A stretch of 64,000 nucleotides of DNA, from assembly GCA_019745155.1 (NCBI GenBank), contig JAIETM010000010.1:59942-123941 (forward strand), read 5' to 3'. The notes below the pieces were generated by a model. It was given only the letters and a program-made list of their open reading frames with translations. It had not been told where the DNA came from and made no database searches. Shown piece after piece: positions 39,009-49,560 of the stretch (position 1 is the stretch's first letter; each line of letters starts with the position of its first letter). The DNA comes from Chitinophagaceae bacterium. GTDB taxonomy: Bacteria; Bacteroidota; Bacteroidia; Chitinophagales; Chitinophagaceae. Position numbers and translations under genes: made by a program.

Positions 39009-40517
39009 ATGCCCAATATGAAAAAGTACCTTTTCCTCCTTTTTTCGGTAAACAGCCTATTCCTTGGCGCTCAAAAAAACACAGTTGTAGCCGTTCCAGC
39101 AGTAGAAATGCCCATTGCCGGTGTACAAACTACTGTTACAAAAGGCAGTGTAACCATTGCCGGTAAAAAGATTGATTATACAGCCCATACAGGCTATTTG
39201 GACCTAGAGAATGATACCGGTAAGCTATTGGCCAAGGTGTTTTTTACCTATTATAAGAAAGATGGGGAAGCCGATGCTAAAAGGCCTGTCACATTTACTT
39301 TTAATGGAGGCCCTGGATCTTCTTCTGTATGGCTTCATATGGGGGCACTTGGGCCAAGAAGGGTGTATTTGAAGGATGATGGTACAGCAACTGCGCCACC
39401 ATACGACGTCATTTCGAATGAGTTTTCTTGGTTGGATAAATCCGACCTGGTTTTCATTGATCCAGTATCTACGGGTTTTAGTCGCGCAGCCAATGGTGAA
39501 AGCCCAAAACAGTTTCATGGCTACGTAGAAGATATCCAGTCTGTGGGTAGTTTTATCCGCCATTTCTTGTCTCGTTACGAGCGCTGGGGATCACCTAAGT
39601 TTTTGGCAGGTGAAAGTTATGGTACTACCAGAGCGGCCGGACTCTCTAAATTTTTACAAGACAGCTATCGAATCTATATCAATGGTATTTTCCTGATTTC
39701 GCCTGTGCTCAACTTCGGTACCAATGATTACTATGTTGGTAATGATTTACCACGAGCGCTGTATATTCCCTCTTACACTGCTGCTGCATGGTATCATAAG
39801 AAATTGGCACCTGAGCTGCAAGCCGATTTTAAAAAGGCGTTGAAGGAAAGTGAGGCTTTTGCCATTGGTGAATATGCGAGTGCATTGATCAAAGGTGCTT
39901 GGCTAACAGATGCTGAAAAAGACCGTATTGCACAGAAGATGAGCTATTATACCGGCTTAAGCAAAGAGTATTGCTTGCGTGCAAATCTGCGTGTAGAAGA
40001 AAATCGTTTCTACAAGGAATTGAGAAGGGAAGATGGTTTAACGGTTGGCCGATTGGATGCAAGATTTGTTGGTAGAGATTTGGATGATGCAGGCGAGTTG
40101 GTGAGCTATGATCCTTCTTTCACCAATATTGATGGTCCGTTTACTTCTGCGATGAATGATTATTTCCAAAAGGAATTGAAGTTCAAGGAAACAAAACCCT
40201 ATAACATTTTCGGTAGTGTCTATCCATGGAATTACAATAATGTGCAGAATCAATATTTGAATGTAGCTGAAAGCCTGCGCGATGCAATGGCCAAAAATCC
40301 TGCATTAAAAGTATATGTTGGTTCAGGTTATTATGATTTTGCAACACCTTATTTCACGGCTCAATATGATGTAGCTCATATGTTCCTCAGACCTGAGGCG
40401 CAAAAGAATGTCCGTCATTATTTTTATGAGTCTGGCCATATGTACTATATCCATATGCCCTCTATGATTCAGTTTAAAAAAGATGTGGACAGCTTTTTTG
40501 AATGGTGTCTTAAATAG
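39009..40517 (+). CDS. S10-family serine carboxypeptidase
   Basis: FNGGPGSSSVW and AGESYGT (catalytic Ser) motifs, plus a signal peptide. Confidence 0.85.
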   Translation: MPNMKKYLFLLFSVNSLFLGAQKNTVVAVPAVEMPIAGVQTTVTKGSVTIAGKKIDYTAHTGYLDLENDTGKLLAKVFFTYYKKDGEADAKRPVTFTFNGGPGSSSVWLHMGALGPRRVYLKDDGTATAPPYDVISNEFSWLDKSDLVFIDPVSTGFSRAANGESPKQFHGYVEDIQSVGSFIRHFLSRYERWGSPKFLAGESYGTTRAAGLSKFLQDSYRIYINGIFLISPVLNFGTNDYYVGNDLPRALYIPSYTAAAWYHKKLAPELQADFKKALKESEAFAIGEYASALIKGAWLTDAEKDRIAQKMSYYTGLSKEYCLRANLRVEENRFYKELRREDGLTVGRLDARFVGRDLDDAGELVSYDPSFTNIDGPFTSAMNDYFQKELKFKETKPYNIFGSVYPWNYNNVQNQYLNVAESLRDAMAKNPALKVYVGSGYYDFATPYFTAQYDVAHMFLRPEAQKNVRHYFYESGHMYYIHMPSMIQFKKDVDSFFEWCLK

Positions 40518-40596
40518 TTCTCAAAAAGCATCTTGATGAATCATGAAGCAGCAGGAAAGCTGTAACTTGTATCTCTTCAGTTAATCCTGCTTACCT

Positions 40597-42372
40597 ATGC
40601 AAGAACCTGCTGCTATTGATAAATTATTGGCACTAATCAATCACTTACCCGCTGCGGTATATCATTGTGCCATTCATGAGGATAAACTGATACTTGATTT
40701 CATCAGTGATGGGTTTTCAGACATCACAGGCTATCCGGTTGAGGATGTCGCAACGCAAAAAGTAGAAGTCTACAGGCGTGTAGTGTATCCTGATGACCGC
40801 GAGCAGCTAAGCGCTACAATTCAGCGAAGCCTACAGGCAAGAGAAGATTTTACAGTTGTCTATAGAATCCTACACCAAGATGGCGGTATCAAGTGGGTAA
40901 GAGAAAATGGCAGGATATATAGCGATACGAGTGGCGTGGCTCATTTATTGGGCTATGTATTTGATATCACTGCAGAACAACAAGCTGCTGAGCTGCTTGA
41001 AGCAAGTAGGCAGGAATTAGATTTGCTATCACGAGTTGCCAGAAATACCAATGATTCAATTATCATTTCTGATCCATCAGGCGTTATTGTTTGGGTAAAT
41101 GAAGCATTTGAGCGCATCTCTGGTTACGCAAAGACAACAATTATTGGTAAAAAGCTTGGCTATTCTTTAGAAGAGCAATCTGCGCACCATGAAGTAAGAC
41201 AGCAGCTGGAAACGGCTATTGCGGAGGCTAAGCCTTTTCAAATAGAGACACAAAGTGTTACTGCATCAGGTAATAAAATCTGGTTAGAAGTAGCTATGCA
41301 ACCGCTTTGGGATGAAGCGCAAAAGCATATTGGATTTTTACTGGTGGAGAATGATATTACGGCTAGAAAGCAGGCCGAGGTAGAGTTGGCAGAGCAGGAA
41401 GCGCGTTATCGAATGCTGTTTAGTAATAGCATTGATGGCATTTTGTTGTTAAGTGAAAAACTTGAAGTATCGGATGCCAATGAAGCTGCTTGCAGCCTTT
41501 TGCAACATCATTCTGGTAGCTTAATTGGTAAGCCACAGACTGCAATCATTGATGTGAAAGATGAACGCTTTCGCTTTTTTACAGAAGAGTTGGAGGATGA
41601 TGGAAAAGCTAGGGCGGAACTGCATTTTATCCGAGCCGATGGAAAATTGATTGAAGCAGATCTTACTGCATCTAAGTTTTATGATAGCGATGCAAGACTT
41701 CATTACGTGTATATTTTCAGGGACATTACCGCACGTAAGCAGGAGCAGGTGAAAATGGAGCAGTTATTGCGTCGTTTGTCACTAGCTACTGGATCATCCG
41801 GTACAGGTATTTGGGAGGTAGATGTGCAAACTGGTGCTATTGTTTGGGATGATATGATGTATGTATTATTCGGTTATCCTTCTTATTCACCTATAGCTGC
41901 ATTCAGTATTTGGAAACAAGCCATGCATCCAGAGGATGCGAGTTTGATGATGAAGATTATAAGTGATTTGGTTAGTGGAGAAAAAGAAGTGGAGAAAGCT
42001 TCATTTCGTATCATCAGGCCCGATGGAGAAACACGTTATCTCGATTCAAATGCTATTGTGCAGCATGATGCAAATGGGCATGTGCAGAAGTTGATTGGTA
42101 CGGTTAGGGATGTAACAGAAAGTGTGGTTTCAGCTCAAAAAATCAAGCAGCAGTACACGGCATTGCGCGAGATTGCCTTTGCACAGTCGCATGAGGTTAG
42201 AAGACATGCGGCAAATATTATTTCCGTTATTGAGTTGTTGCAGTTGGATCCTGCTTCTTTGAAAGATGCTGATATGATTCAAATGCTGCAGCACAGTGCG
42301 ACAGAAATGGATAAGCAAATTCGCTTAGTGGTGAGTAAAATCAATCAGATGGAAAAAGATCAGTCTAAGTAA
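40597..42372 (+). CDS. multi-PAS-domain signalling protein ending in an H-box-like helical segment, with no HATPase domain
   Basis: There are four PAS/PAC-like segments, with repeated G...W and DIT(A/E)RK boundaries at about aa 125, 255, 385 and 510. The C-terminus reads FAQSHEVRRHAANIISVIELL, resembling a HisKA H-box, but the protein ends about 60 aa later. Confidence 0.75.
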   Translation: MQEPAAIDKLLALINHLPAAVYHCAIHEDKLILDFISDGFSDITGYPVEDVATQKVEVYRRVVYPDDREQLSATIQRSLQAREDFTVVYRILHQDGGIKWVRENGRIYSDTSGVAHLLGYVFDITAEQQAAELLEASRQELDLLSRVARNTNDSIIISDPSGVIVWVNEAFERISGYAKTTIIGKKLGYSLEEQSAHHEVRQQLETAIAEAKPFQIETQSVTASGNKIWLEVAMQPLWDEAQKHIGFLLVENDITARKQAEVELAEQEARYRMLFSNSIDGILLLSEKLEVSDANEAACSLLQHHSGSLIGKPQTAIIDVKDERFRFFTEELEDDGKARAELHFIRADGKLIEADLTASKFYDSDARLHYVYIFRDITARKQEQVKMEQLLRRLSLATGSSGTGIWEVDVQTGAIVWDDMMYVLFGYPSYSPIAAFSIWKQAMHPEDASLMMKIISDLVSGEKEVEKASFRIIRPDGETRYLDSNAIVQHDANGHVQKLIGTVRDVTESVVSAQKIKQQYTALREIAFAQSHEVRRHAANIISVIELLQLDPASLKDADMIQMLQHSATEMDKQIRLVVSKINQMEKDQSK

Positions 42373-42377
42373 ATGGT

Positions 42378-42920
42378 TTATTTAACCAACATACCCGCAC
42401 TTAATGAGGCGATAATTTTCTTGATGCGCTGATCCAGTTTTCTTAATAATTCTTCATGGCGTTGTAGCACCGCTTCTTTTTGTTCCATTTTTTGTTTCAT
42501 AAATGGGTCACCCTTTCGGTAGCCTTTGTAAACGGCAGTGGCATCAAACCTTTGTCCGGCTTTAATCAATGCCAATTCATTGATTTGATAGCGTAGTCGG
42601 TCGTTGATCATGGTAATGGTAATCGTGAATCCTCCGTCAACAGAGCGATAATCGCCTTCTTCTGGATCAACCCGAATAATCCCATTGATAATGGTGGTAC
42701 CACCAATCAGGGTAGATTTTCTGGATTGCAGTTTCCAATTTTTTTGATTGTCCGCTACCCATTTTTCCAGATTGGCGGATGCTTTTTCCTGATTGATGCC
42801 ATCGCCAAAAAGGATAATGTCTTCGTAATGAAGCATATCTTCTTTTATAGGCATTTCCAATGTTTGTGCGGATACCAATAAGTGAAATAGGCCGCATATC
42901 AGGCTAAGCCCTAGTTTCAT
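42378..42920 (-). CDS. hypothetical secreted protein (possibly DUF4468-like)
   Basis: Signal peptide MKLGLSLICGLFHLLVSAQ. The family guess is weak. Confidence 0.45.
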   Translation of the reverse strand: MKLGLSLICGLFHLLVSAQTLEMPIKEDMLHYEDIILFGDGINQEKASANLEKWVADNQKNWKLQSRKSTLIGGTTIINGIIRVDPEEGDYRSVDGGFTITITMINDRLRYQINELALIKAGQRFDATAVYKGYRKGDPFMKQKMEQKEAVLQRHEELLRKLDQRIKKIIASLSAGMLVK

Positions 42921-43034
42921 CAAAAAAGCGGTTGCAGGATGTTTACGCATCTCGGGTTTTACTTATTTTGTGAAGGTACGTTATTCGTATGGCTGCACCA
43001 TTTGGTGCAGTACCTGTCCTCAAATTTTAAATAT

Positions 43035-43754
43035 ATGAAACAAATTGTCTTCGCAATATTACTGCTGATTGGCGTTCAATCATGCGAGATCATTGGTAAT
43101 GAACGTGTCAAGGGAAATGGGAATATCGTAACAGTAGATAGAAATATGGAAGATGTTTCCAAAATTAAGCTGGCTGGCAGTTACGAGGTAGAAATTACGC
43201 AGGGCAACGCACCATCGTTGCGTATTGAAACGGATGAGAATATCGTTCCGCTAATTAAAACGGAAATTTCAGAAGGCTGGTTGAATATCAGGACAAAGAA
43301 CAATGTGCGTATCAGCACTACGAATCAAATTAAAGTATACCTCACTGTAACTAGTCTGGAAGCTTTGCACGTTGCTGGTAGCGGTAATATTACTGGTAAG
43401 GGCAAGTTTACGAAAGGGGATAAGCTTTCTTTAAAGATCGCAGGGGCGGGTTCTGTAACATTGGATGTGAATACGCCTGAAGTGAAAACAGATATTGCTG
43501 GTAGTGGTTCTGTTTACCTCAGCGGCGAAACGCGCAAGCAGAGTATTGATATCGCAGGTTCGGGCGATTATGTGGCAGAACAACTCAAGTCTGAATCAGC
43601 CAAGATTGATATTGCCGGATCAGGCGATGTGAAGGTGTTTGCTGATGATGCAATTGATATACGTATTGCCGGCAGTGGCAACGTGTATTATAAAGGAAAT
43701 GCCTCCGTTAATCAAAAGATACTCGGAGGCGGTAAGATCGTTAGGCTGGATTAA
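43035..43754 (+). CDS. head GIN domain (DUF2807) protein, lipoprotein
   Basis: LLLIGVQSC lipobox and reiterated AGSG(N/D/S)... beta-helix-like repeats (IAGSGSVYL, IAGSGDY, IAGSGDVKV, IAGSGNVYY). Confidence 0.75.
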   Translation: MKQIVFAILLLIGVQSCEIIGNERVKGNGNIVTVDRNMEDVSKIKLAGSYEVEITQGNAPSLRIETDENIVPLIKTEISEGWLNIRTKNNVRISTTNQIKVYLTVTSLEALHVAGSGNITGKGKFTKGDKLSLKIAGAGSVTLDVNTPEVKTDIAGSGSVYLSGETRKQSIDIAGSGDYVAEQLKSESAKIDIAGSGDVKVFADDAIDIRIAGSGNVYYKGNASVNQKILGGGKIVRLD

Positions 43755-45482
43755 TCATTGTACTAATCTGTACACCGGGTAACGTAAATGCGCCGGCTCG
43801 TAATAAGGTGAGTTTTTGTAAACAAAGTCCAGCTGTGCATTTGCATTGGCTGCAAATTTTGGGTCGGCCAGTTTCTTTTCCTCTAATTGCTTTCTGAGGT
43901 TGGGGTTTTTGTTCAGCCATTCAGCTGCTACGTCTTCCCATCTATAGGCGCTATAACCTTCTTTTTGTTGCAGAATGGCATCAAAGAAATTCCAGCTGAA
44001 ATAGCTATCATCCATTGTTGGCTCTAATACTTCCACCAAAAAGCGATCAGCTCTCTGGCCTGTTGGAATAAGATAGTCTCCTTTAAGGAATCTAATCTGC
44101 TGCTGGTTATTGCTGAGCTTTACATCACCTTGGCGATAGTGTTTTTCAAACACACGTGTGGCTGTTTTATACTCTTCAATACGATAGGCTTCAACAGTAA
44201 TAGTTGTATCCTTTTCCAATCGCTTCATGTCAACCTTGTTGAGTGTAAGCAAGTCAATTACTGCATGCCAACCCTGAGGAATCAAATATGCTTTCGGCTT
44301 CACAACAGGTTTTACGCCATTGAAATAGTTGAAGAACTTGACCTGCTTGTCAAACGGTTGGGTGCGGTCGTAAAACAATCTATCCATGCCTGTTACTTCA
44401 CTCGTTTTTCTACCTGCCTGATAACCCAAAAAGCGGATGAAGTCATGACGCGTGGTGTCCTTCTGCCAGGTAGCCGCAAAGCTGGTTTGCTTTTTTACCG
44501 CCTCAATGGAAGCTGCTCTTTTTGCTTTGATGGTAGTAGCATGTTTAGACCCCTCTTCAATCATCGTTTGCATCAACGCATAAGTAGCTTTTACACGTTG
44601 AGGGAAGGGTTTCAACATATGTGTTTCCGGCACAAATCCCATGGTTTGAAAAAGTGCTGCATAGCCACTACTATATCTTGGCGCATCATAAAATGCATCC
44701 CAACCTCTGTCTGGATTGGCACCGAAGAAGTTGACATAAGGACACATAGGCCATTGCTTGGCTTCCATGCTTTTGTACAATGCAGGTTCAAAAACATCAT
44801 GTAAAAAATCGCCGATTGGTCCGCCCAGTTTATTGTGCTGCGTAGTAAGTAAAGTCATGGTATGCTGGTAATCTGCACCATCACTAACGTGGTTATCCAT
44901 GAATAAATCAGGGTTCATGAATTGAAAGATTTCTACAAAGGCCTTGGCATTTCGTGAGTCTGATTTGATGAAATCGCGATTCAGATCTAGGTTTTGTGCA
45001 TTGCCCCTGAATCCATAGCTGATAGGGCCATCTTGATTCACACGTGAGAAGCTGTTTCGATTTAGTGAGCCGCCAATATTGTAGATAGGGATAATGCCAA
45101 TAGCAAGGTTATTGGGCATATTTACTTTGCCTGTTACCAAGTCGCGCAACAGCATCATGCTGGCGTCAATACCATCCGGCTCCCCGGGGTGAATACCATT
45201 GTTGATCAGCAATACAACCTTGCCAGCTCTATGCCATTGTATGGGGTCTTGCACCTTTCCTTTACTATATAAAACGAGGTGCAAAGGGTAGCCGGCATCC
45301 GTATTGCCGAAGGTTTTTATGGTGATTCCGGTATTGGTTTTTGCTAATTCCTGATACCATTGAATGGTTTGCGCATAAGTAGCAGTTTCCTTGCCGCTAG
45401 ATTGTTCAAAAACCGTGGTATGTTTCTGGGCGCCAATGCGAATGAACAATAACAGAAAAGGCAGGAATATGATTTTTTTCAT
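43755..45482 (-). CDS. M14-family zinc carboxypeptidase
   Basis: Signal peptide, GIHPGEPDG (HxxE zinc site), NRDF and DNHVSDG motifs. Confidence 0.8.
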   Translation of the reverse strand: MKKIIFLPFLLLFIRIGAQKHTTVFEQSSGKETATYAQTIQWYQELAKTNTGITIKTFGNTDAGYPLHLVLYSKGKVQDPIQWHRAGKVVLLINNGIHPGEPDGIDASMMLLRDLVTGKVNMPNNLAIGIIPIYNIGGSLNRNSFSRVNQDGPISYGFRGNAQNLDLNRDFIKSDSRNAKAFVEIFQFMNPDLFMDNHVSDGADYQHTMTLLTTQHNKLGGPIGDFLHDVFEPALYKSMEAKQWPMCPYVNFFGANPDRGWDAFYDAPRYSSGYAALFQTMGFVPETHMLKPFPQRVKATYALMQTMIEEGSKHATTIKAKRAASIEAVKKQTSFAATWQKDTTRHDFIRFLGYQAGRKTSEVTGMDRLFYDRTQPFDKQVKFFNYFNGVKPVVKPKAYLIPQGWHAVIDLLTLNKVDMKRLEKDTTITVEAYRIEEYKTATRVFEKHYRQGDVKLSNNQQQIRFLKGDYLIPTGQRADRFLVEVLEPTMDDSYFSWNFFDAILQQKEGYSAYRWEDVAAEWLNKNPNLRKQLEEKKLADPKFAANANAQLDFVYKNSPYYEPAHLRYPVYRLVQ

Positions 45483-45515
45483 TACTTTAAGCTTAATTTG
45501 GGGGACAAATTAACG

Positions 45516-46217
45516 ATGGAAAGTCATAACCGGATATTATTGGTAGAAGACGAAAAGATTTTTAATGAGGTGGTCAAATCCCAGCTCACTAAAAACGGCT
45601 TCAATGTAGACAGTGTACTTAATGCAGAAGAGGGAGAACAGCTTTTCAAAAAGCACAAGTACGACTTGGTATTGCTGGACATTTACCTGCCAGGTGAAAA
45701 TGGATTTCAGCTTTGCAAGAAATTCCGTGATATCAATCCTGCCGTTCCCATTCTCATGTTCTCTTCACAAGGTGATGTAAACCATAAGCTGGATGCATTT
45801 AGCCTCGGTGCAGATGACTATATCGTAAAACCCTTCCATATCAATGAGCTGATTGCGCGCATGAAAGTTTTCATTAAGCGATCATTAAGCGCGGTGCAGG
45901 AAAATGAGGTGGAGCAGTTAGAAGTGGAAGACCTGTCCATTGATTTAAAACATAAGATTGTCAAAAGAGCTGGAACTGAAATTGCCCTTACAGCTAAGGA
46001 GTTCGGCTTATTGGTGCTATTGGCAAAAAATAACGGAGCCGTTGTTTCTAAACAGGAGATTTTGGAAAAAGTGTGGGACCTGAGTTTTGATACGGGTACC
46101 AACTCCATCGAAGTATACATCAACTTCCTTCGCAACAAATTAGATAAGCCTTTTGAGCATAAGCTTATCCATACCAAGCCGGGTTTCGGCTATTTCCTCA
46201 AAAAGAAAGAGGCATAA
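45516..46217 (+). CDS. OmpR/PhoB-family response regulator (no kinase gene adjacent)
   Basis: ILLVEDE and LVLLDIYLPG receiver motifs, plus a winged-helix C-terminus (LTAKEFGLL...VYINFLRNKL...GFGY). Start at MESHNR. Confidence 0.9.
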   Translation: MESHNRILLVEDEKIFNEVVKSQLTKNGFNVDSVLNAEEGEQLFKKHKYDLVLLDIYLPGENGFQLCKKFRDINPAVPILMFSSQGDVNHKLDAFSLGADDYIVKPFHINELIARMKVFIKRSLSAVQENEVEQLEVEDLSIDLKHKIVKRAGTEIALTAKEFGLLVLLAKNNGAVVSKQEILEKVWDLSFDTGTNSIEVYINFLRNKLDKPFEHKLIHTKPGFGYFLKKKEA

Positions 46218-46240
46218 AAAAACCGACCTATTGGCCGGTT
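46216..46240 (-). terminator. intrinsic terminator of rpsT (the U-run is on the minus strand)
   Basis: AACCGGCC-AAUA-GGUCGGUU hairpin (one mismatch) followed by UUUUUUU on the minus strand. Confidence 0.6.
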
Positions 46241-46268
46241 GAATATGTTTATCAACAACTTGACTTGA

Positions 46269-46514
46269 TTAAGCAGTTTTCTTAGCGAGCTTGCTCTTCA
46301 GATTGGCTGCTTTGTTCTTGTGGATGATACCACGCTTAGCCAACTTGTCGATCATGGATACCACGGTAGGCAATTGCTCACCGTATGCATTACCGTCAGT
46401 CGTAGCTTTCAGGTCACGAATGGCATTACGAGTAGTTTTGCCATAGTAACGATTACGGTCACGACGCTTGGCAGCTTGTCTGGTATCTTTTTTGGTAGCC
46501 TTATGGTTTGCCAT
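46269..46514 (-). CDS. rpsT: 30S ribosomal protein S20
   Basis: 81 aa, basic. [21 protein letters not shown] is a typical S20 N-terminus. Confidence 0.93.
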   Translation of the reverse strand: MANHKATKKDTRQAAKRRDRNRYYGKTTRNAIRDLKATTDGNAYGEQLPTVVSMIDKLAKRGIIHKNKAANLKSKLAKKTA

Positions 46515-46649
46515 GTTCTAATTTTTCAGGACGGCAAAGGTAAGGGCAAAAGCCATATCGGCAAAATCCTACGCTAAAAAAGTGGAAAAATCCCCTTTAT
46601 CCCCTTTTGGGTCGGTAAAAAGCCTTCAAAATCAGGCTTGATTGCTAAG

Positions 46650-46668
46650 AATTGTTCAAAAAACAATT
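46650..46668. promoter_or_regulatory. candidate operator: perfect 7-N5-7 palindrome AATTGTT-caaaa-AACAATT
   Basis: Read directly from the sequence. The right arm also begins a second copy of the 11-nt direct repeat AATTGTTCAAA (46650-46660 and 46665-46675). Confidence 0.35.
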
Positions 46669-46804
46669 GTTCAAACAGGCAGGCTATAATTATCCCAAAA
46701 TGTCAAAAAACATCTATGGTAAGGCCATTTTTGACTGAATTTCGAGCCTGATTTTCACCGATATTTGCCACCATTTTAAGAATCAGCCGAACAATCTTTG
46801 CCGC

Positions 46805-49537
46805 ATGAAGGACTTTTCCTACATCACGAATTCGCATCCGTCGTTTATTGAAAATTTGTACCAAGACTTTGTCAAGGACCCCAATAGCGTCGATCCAGAC
46901 TTGAAGAAATTCTTCGAAGGTTTCGATTTTGCTGTGTCTAACGGCAGCGTAGCTGCTGGAGCAACTACCCCATCAGGTGATGGCGCAGCGGTTGCGAAAG
47001 AGTTCAGTGTATATCAGCTGATTGATGCGTATCGTAAGAAAGCGCACCTGATTTCTAATACCAATCCCATCCGCCCGCGTAAAGACCGTCAGGCGAATCT
47101 GGAGTTGAAATATTTTGGTTTATCGGATGCTGATTTGAATACCAACTTCCAGGCTGGTCAATTCATTGGCATGCCCGGCGCAAGCTTGAAATCAATTATC
47201 GCTAGGCTGAAAAAAGTATATGCTTCTACAGTTGGTATTGAAACAAGCTATATCAATAATCCTGAGCGCGCAGCTTGGTTGCAAGAAGCAGTAGAAGAAA
47301 AACTTTGGCAGCCTGTGCCTTTAGAGCAGAAGCGCAGGATTCTGGATAAGCTGAATCAGGGCGTGTTGTTCGAAAAATTCTTGCACACCAAATACATCGG
47401 TCAGAAAAGATTTTCATTAGAAGGTGGTGAAACGATGATTCCAGCATTAGATGCCATCATCAACACTGCTGCTAGTAATGATGTGAAAGAGGTGGTGATT
47501 GGTATGGCACACCGTGGTCGTTTAAACGTGCTGGCCAATATCATGGGTAAAACATACGAGCAGATCTTCAGTGAATTTGAAGCAACAGCTGTACCCGATA
47601 CGACTATGGGTAGTGGTGATGTAAAATACCACATGGGCTACAGTGCAGAAGTGATTACACCTGAAGGAAAAGATATTTACCTCAAACTCACACCTAACCC
47701 TTCTCACTTGGAAGCGGTTGATCCAGTAGTCGTGGGTTTTGCGCGCGCCAAGGCTGATGTAATGTATGATAGCAACTTCGATCAGGTATTACCCATCCTG
47801 ATTCACGGAGATGCTTCTATTGCAGGTCAAGGTATTGTATATGAGGTATTGCAAATGAGTCATCTCCGTGGTTACTACACAGGTGGTACCATGCACTTGG
47901 TGATCAATAACCAGATCGGTTTTACAACAGATTTTGATGATGCACGTAGTGCTGATTACTGTACATCACTGGCTGCAATGATTCAAGCACCCGTATTACA
48001 TGTAAATGGCGATGACGCGGAAGCGATGGTGAAAGCGGTACAGATTGCTACAGCATATCGTCAGAAATTCAATGCAGATATTTTCATCGATATGTTGTGC
48101 TACCGTCGCCACGGACACAATGAAGGTGATGATCCAAAATACACACAGCCGCAGCTGTACAGCATGATTGATCAGCATCATAATCCAAGAGAAGCTTATA
48201 CGCAGTATTTGTTGGAGAATGGTGAGCCTGCTGCAAGAGAACTGGCGAAGGAAATGGAAAAGAAATTCTGGTCTGATCTGCAAGAGCGTTTGGATGAAGT
48301 GAAGCAAAATCCATTGCCCTACCATTATCAGCAGCCGGAATTGTGGTGGAAGAGTTTGCGTAAGGCCAAGCCTGAGGACTTTCTTCGCTCACCTGAAACA
48401 GGCATCGGTAAGGATAAGGTGGAGCAGTTATTCCGTGGTATGATGCAATGGCCTGAAGGTTTCAAGCCATTGAAGAAAGTGGAGAAACTGGTACAGGATA
48501 AAGTAAAGCTCTATGAAACAGAGCAAAAGATAGATTGGGCAACAGCTGAGTTAATGGCTTACGGTTCTTTCCTTGTAGAAGGAAAGATTGTGCGTATGAG
48601 CGGACAAGACGTGCAACGTGGTACATTCTCTCATCGTCACGCCGTGATTCGTGATGAGCAAACCAATAAGGGGCATAATCGTCTGAATCATTTCACAGAA
48701 GATCAAGCCAAGTTTAGAATTTATAACTCATTGCTAAGTGAATATGGTGTATTAGGGTTTGAGTATGGTTATGCCATGGCCAATCCTAATGCACTGGTGA
48801 TTTGGGAGGCGCAATTCGGTGATTTCTCGAACGGTGCGCAAACCATGATTGATCAGTTCATTGCTGCAGGCGAGCAAAAATGGCAGCGCATGAATGGTGT
48901 GGTGATGTTATTACCACATGGATATGAAGGTCAAGGTCCAGAGCATAGCTCGGCTCGTTTAGAGCGTTTCTTACAACTCTGTGCTGAATTAAATATGGTG
49001 GTAACAAATATTACTACTGCTGCCAACCTTTTCCATGCATTGCGCAGACAATTGGTGTGGGATTTCCGTAAGCCATTGATCAATTTCTCACCCAAAGCGA
49101 ATTTGCGTCATCCGGGTAGTTATAGTCCGGTAGAAGAGTTTGTATCCGGACAGTTCCGTGAAGTAATTGATGATGCAGCTGCTGATCCTGCAGAAGTGAA
49201 GAAGGTCCTGTTCTGTTCTGGTAAACTCTATTTTGAATTAGCAGAGAAAAAGCAGAAGGATAACCGCACAGATGTGGCTGTTGTTCGTGTAGAGCAATTG
49301 TATCCACTGCCAGAAAATCAATTATTAGAGTTGTACAGAAAATACAGCAAAGCCACTTGGTTCTGGGTACAGGAAGAACCATTGAACATGGGTGCAGCAT
49401 CTTTCTTGCAAATGAATTTAAAGAGCATCAACTATGGTGTCATTAGTCGTAACGCAAGTGCGGCTACTGCAACCGGTTATGCCAAAATACATGCGAAAGA
49501 ACAGCATGAAATTATTGAAACAGCATTCAGCATTTAA
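46805..49537 (+). CDS. sucA: 2-oxoglutarate dehydrogenase E1 component
   Basis: 910 aa with [32 protein letters not shown] and [15 protein letters not shown] motifs. Confidence 0.96.
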   Translation: MKDFSYITNSHPSFIENLYQDFVKDPNSVDPDLKKFFEGFDFAVSNGSVAAGATTPSGDGAAVAKEFSVYQLIDAYRKKAHLISNTNPIRPRKDRQANLELKYFGLSDADLNTNFQAGQFIGMPGASLKSIIARLKKVYASTVGIETSYINNPERAAWLQEAVEEKLWQPVPLEQKRRILDKLNQGVLFEKFLHTKYIGQKRFSLEGGETMIPALDAIINTAASNDVKEVVIGMAHRGRLNVLANIMGKTYEQIFSEFEATAVPDTTMGSGDVKYHMGYSAEVITPEGKDIYLKLTPNPSHLEAVDPVVVGFARAKADVMYDSNFDQVLPILIHGDASIAGQGIVYEVLQMSHLRGYYTGGTMHLVINNQIGFTTDFDDARSADYCTSLAAMIQAPVLHVNGDDAEAMVKAVQIATAYRQKFNADIFIDMLCYRRHGHNEGDDPKYTQPQLYSMIDQHHNPREAYTQYLLENGEPAARELAKEMEKKFWSDLQERLDEVKQNPLPYHYQQPELWWKSLRKAKPEDFLRSPETGIGKDKVEQLFRGMMQWPEGFKPLKKVEKLVQDKVKLYETEQKIDWATAELMAYGSFLVEGKIVRMSGQDVQRGTFSHRHAVIRDEQTNKGHNRLNHFTEDQAKFRIYNSLLSEYGVLGFEYGYAMANPNALVIWEAQFGDFSNGAQTMIDQFIAAGEQKWQRMNGVVMLLPHGYEGQGPEHSSARLERFLQLCAELNMVVTNITTAANLFHALRRQLVWDFRKPLINFSPKANLRHPGSYSPVEEFVSGQFREVIDDAAADPAEVKKVLFCSGKLYFELAEKKQKDNRTDVAVVRVEQLYPLPENQLLELYRKYSKATWFWVQEEPLNMGAASFLQMNLKSINYGVISRNASAATATGYAKIHAKEQHEIIETAFSI

Positions 49538-49560
49538 TATCCATTCGAAACAAACGCATT

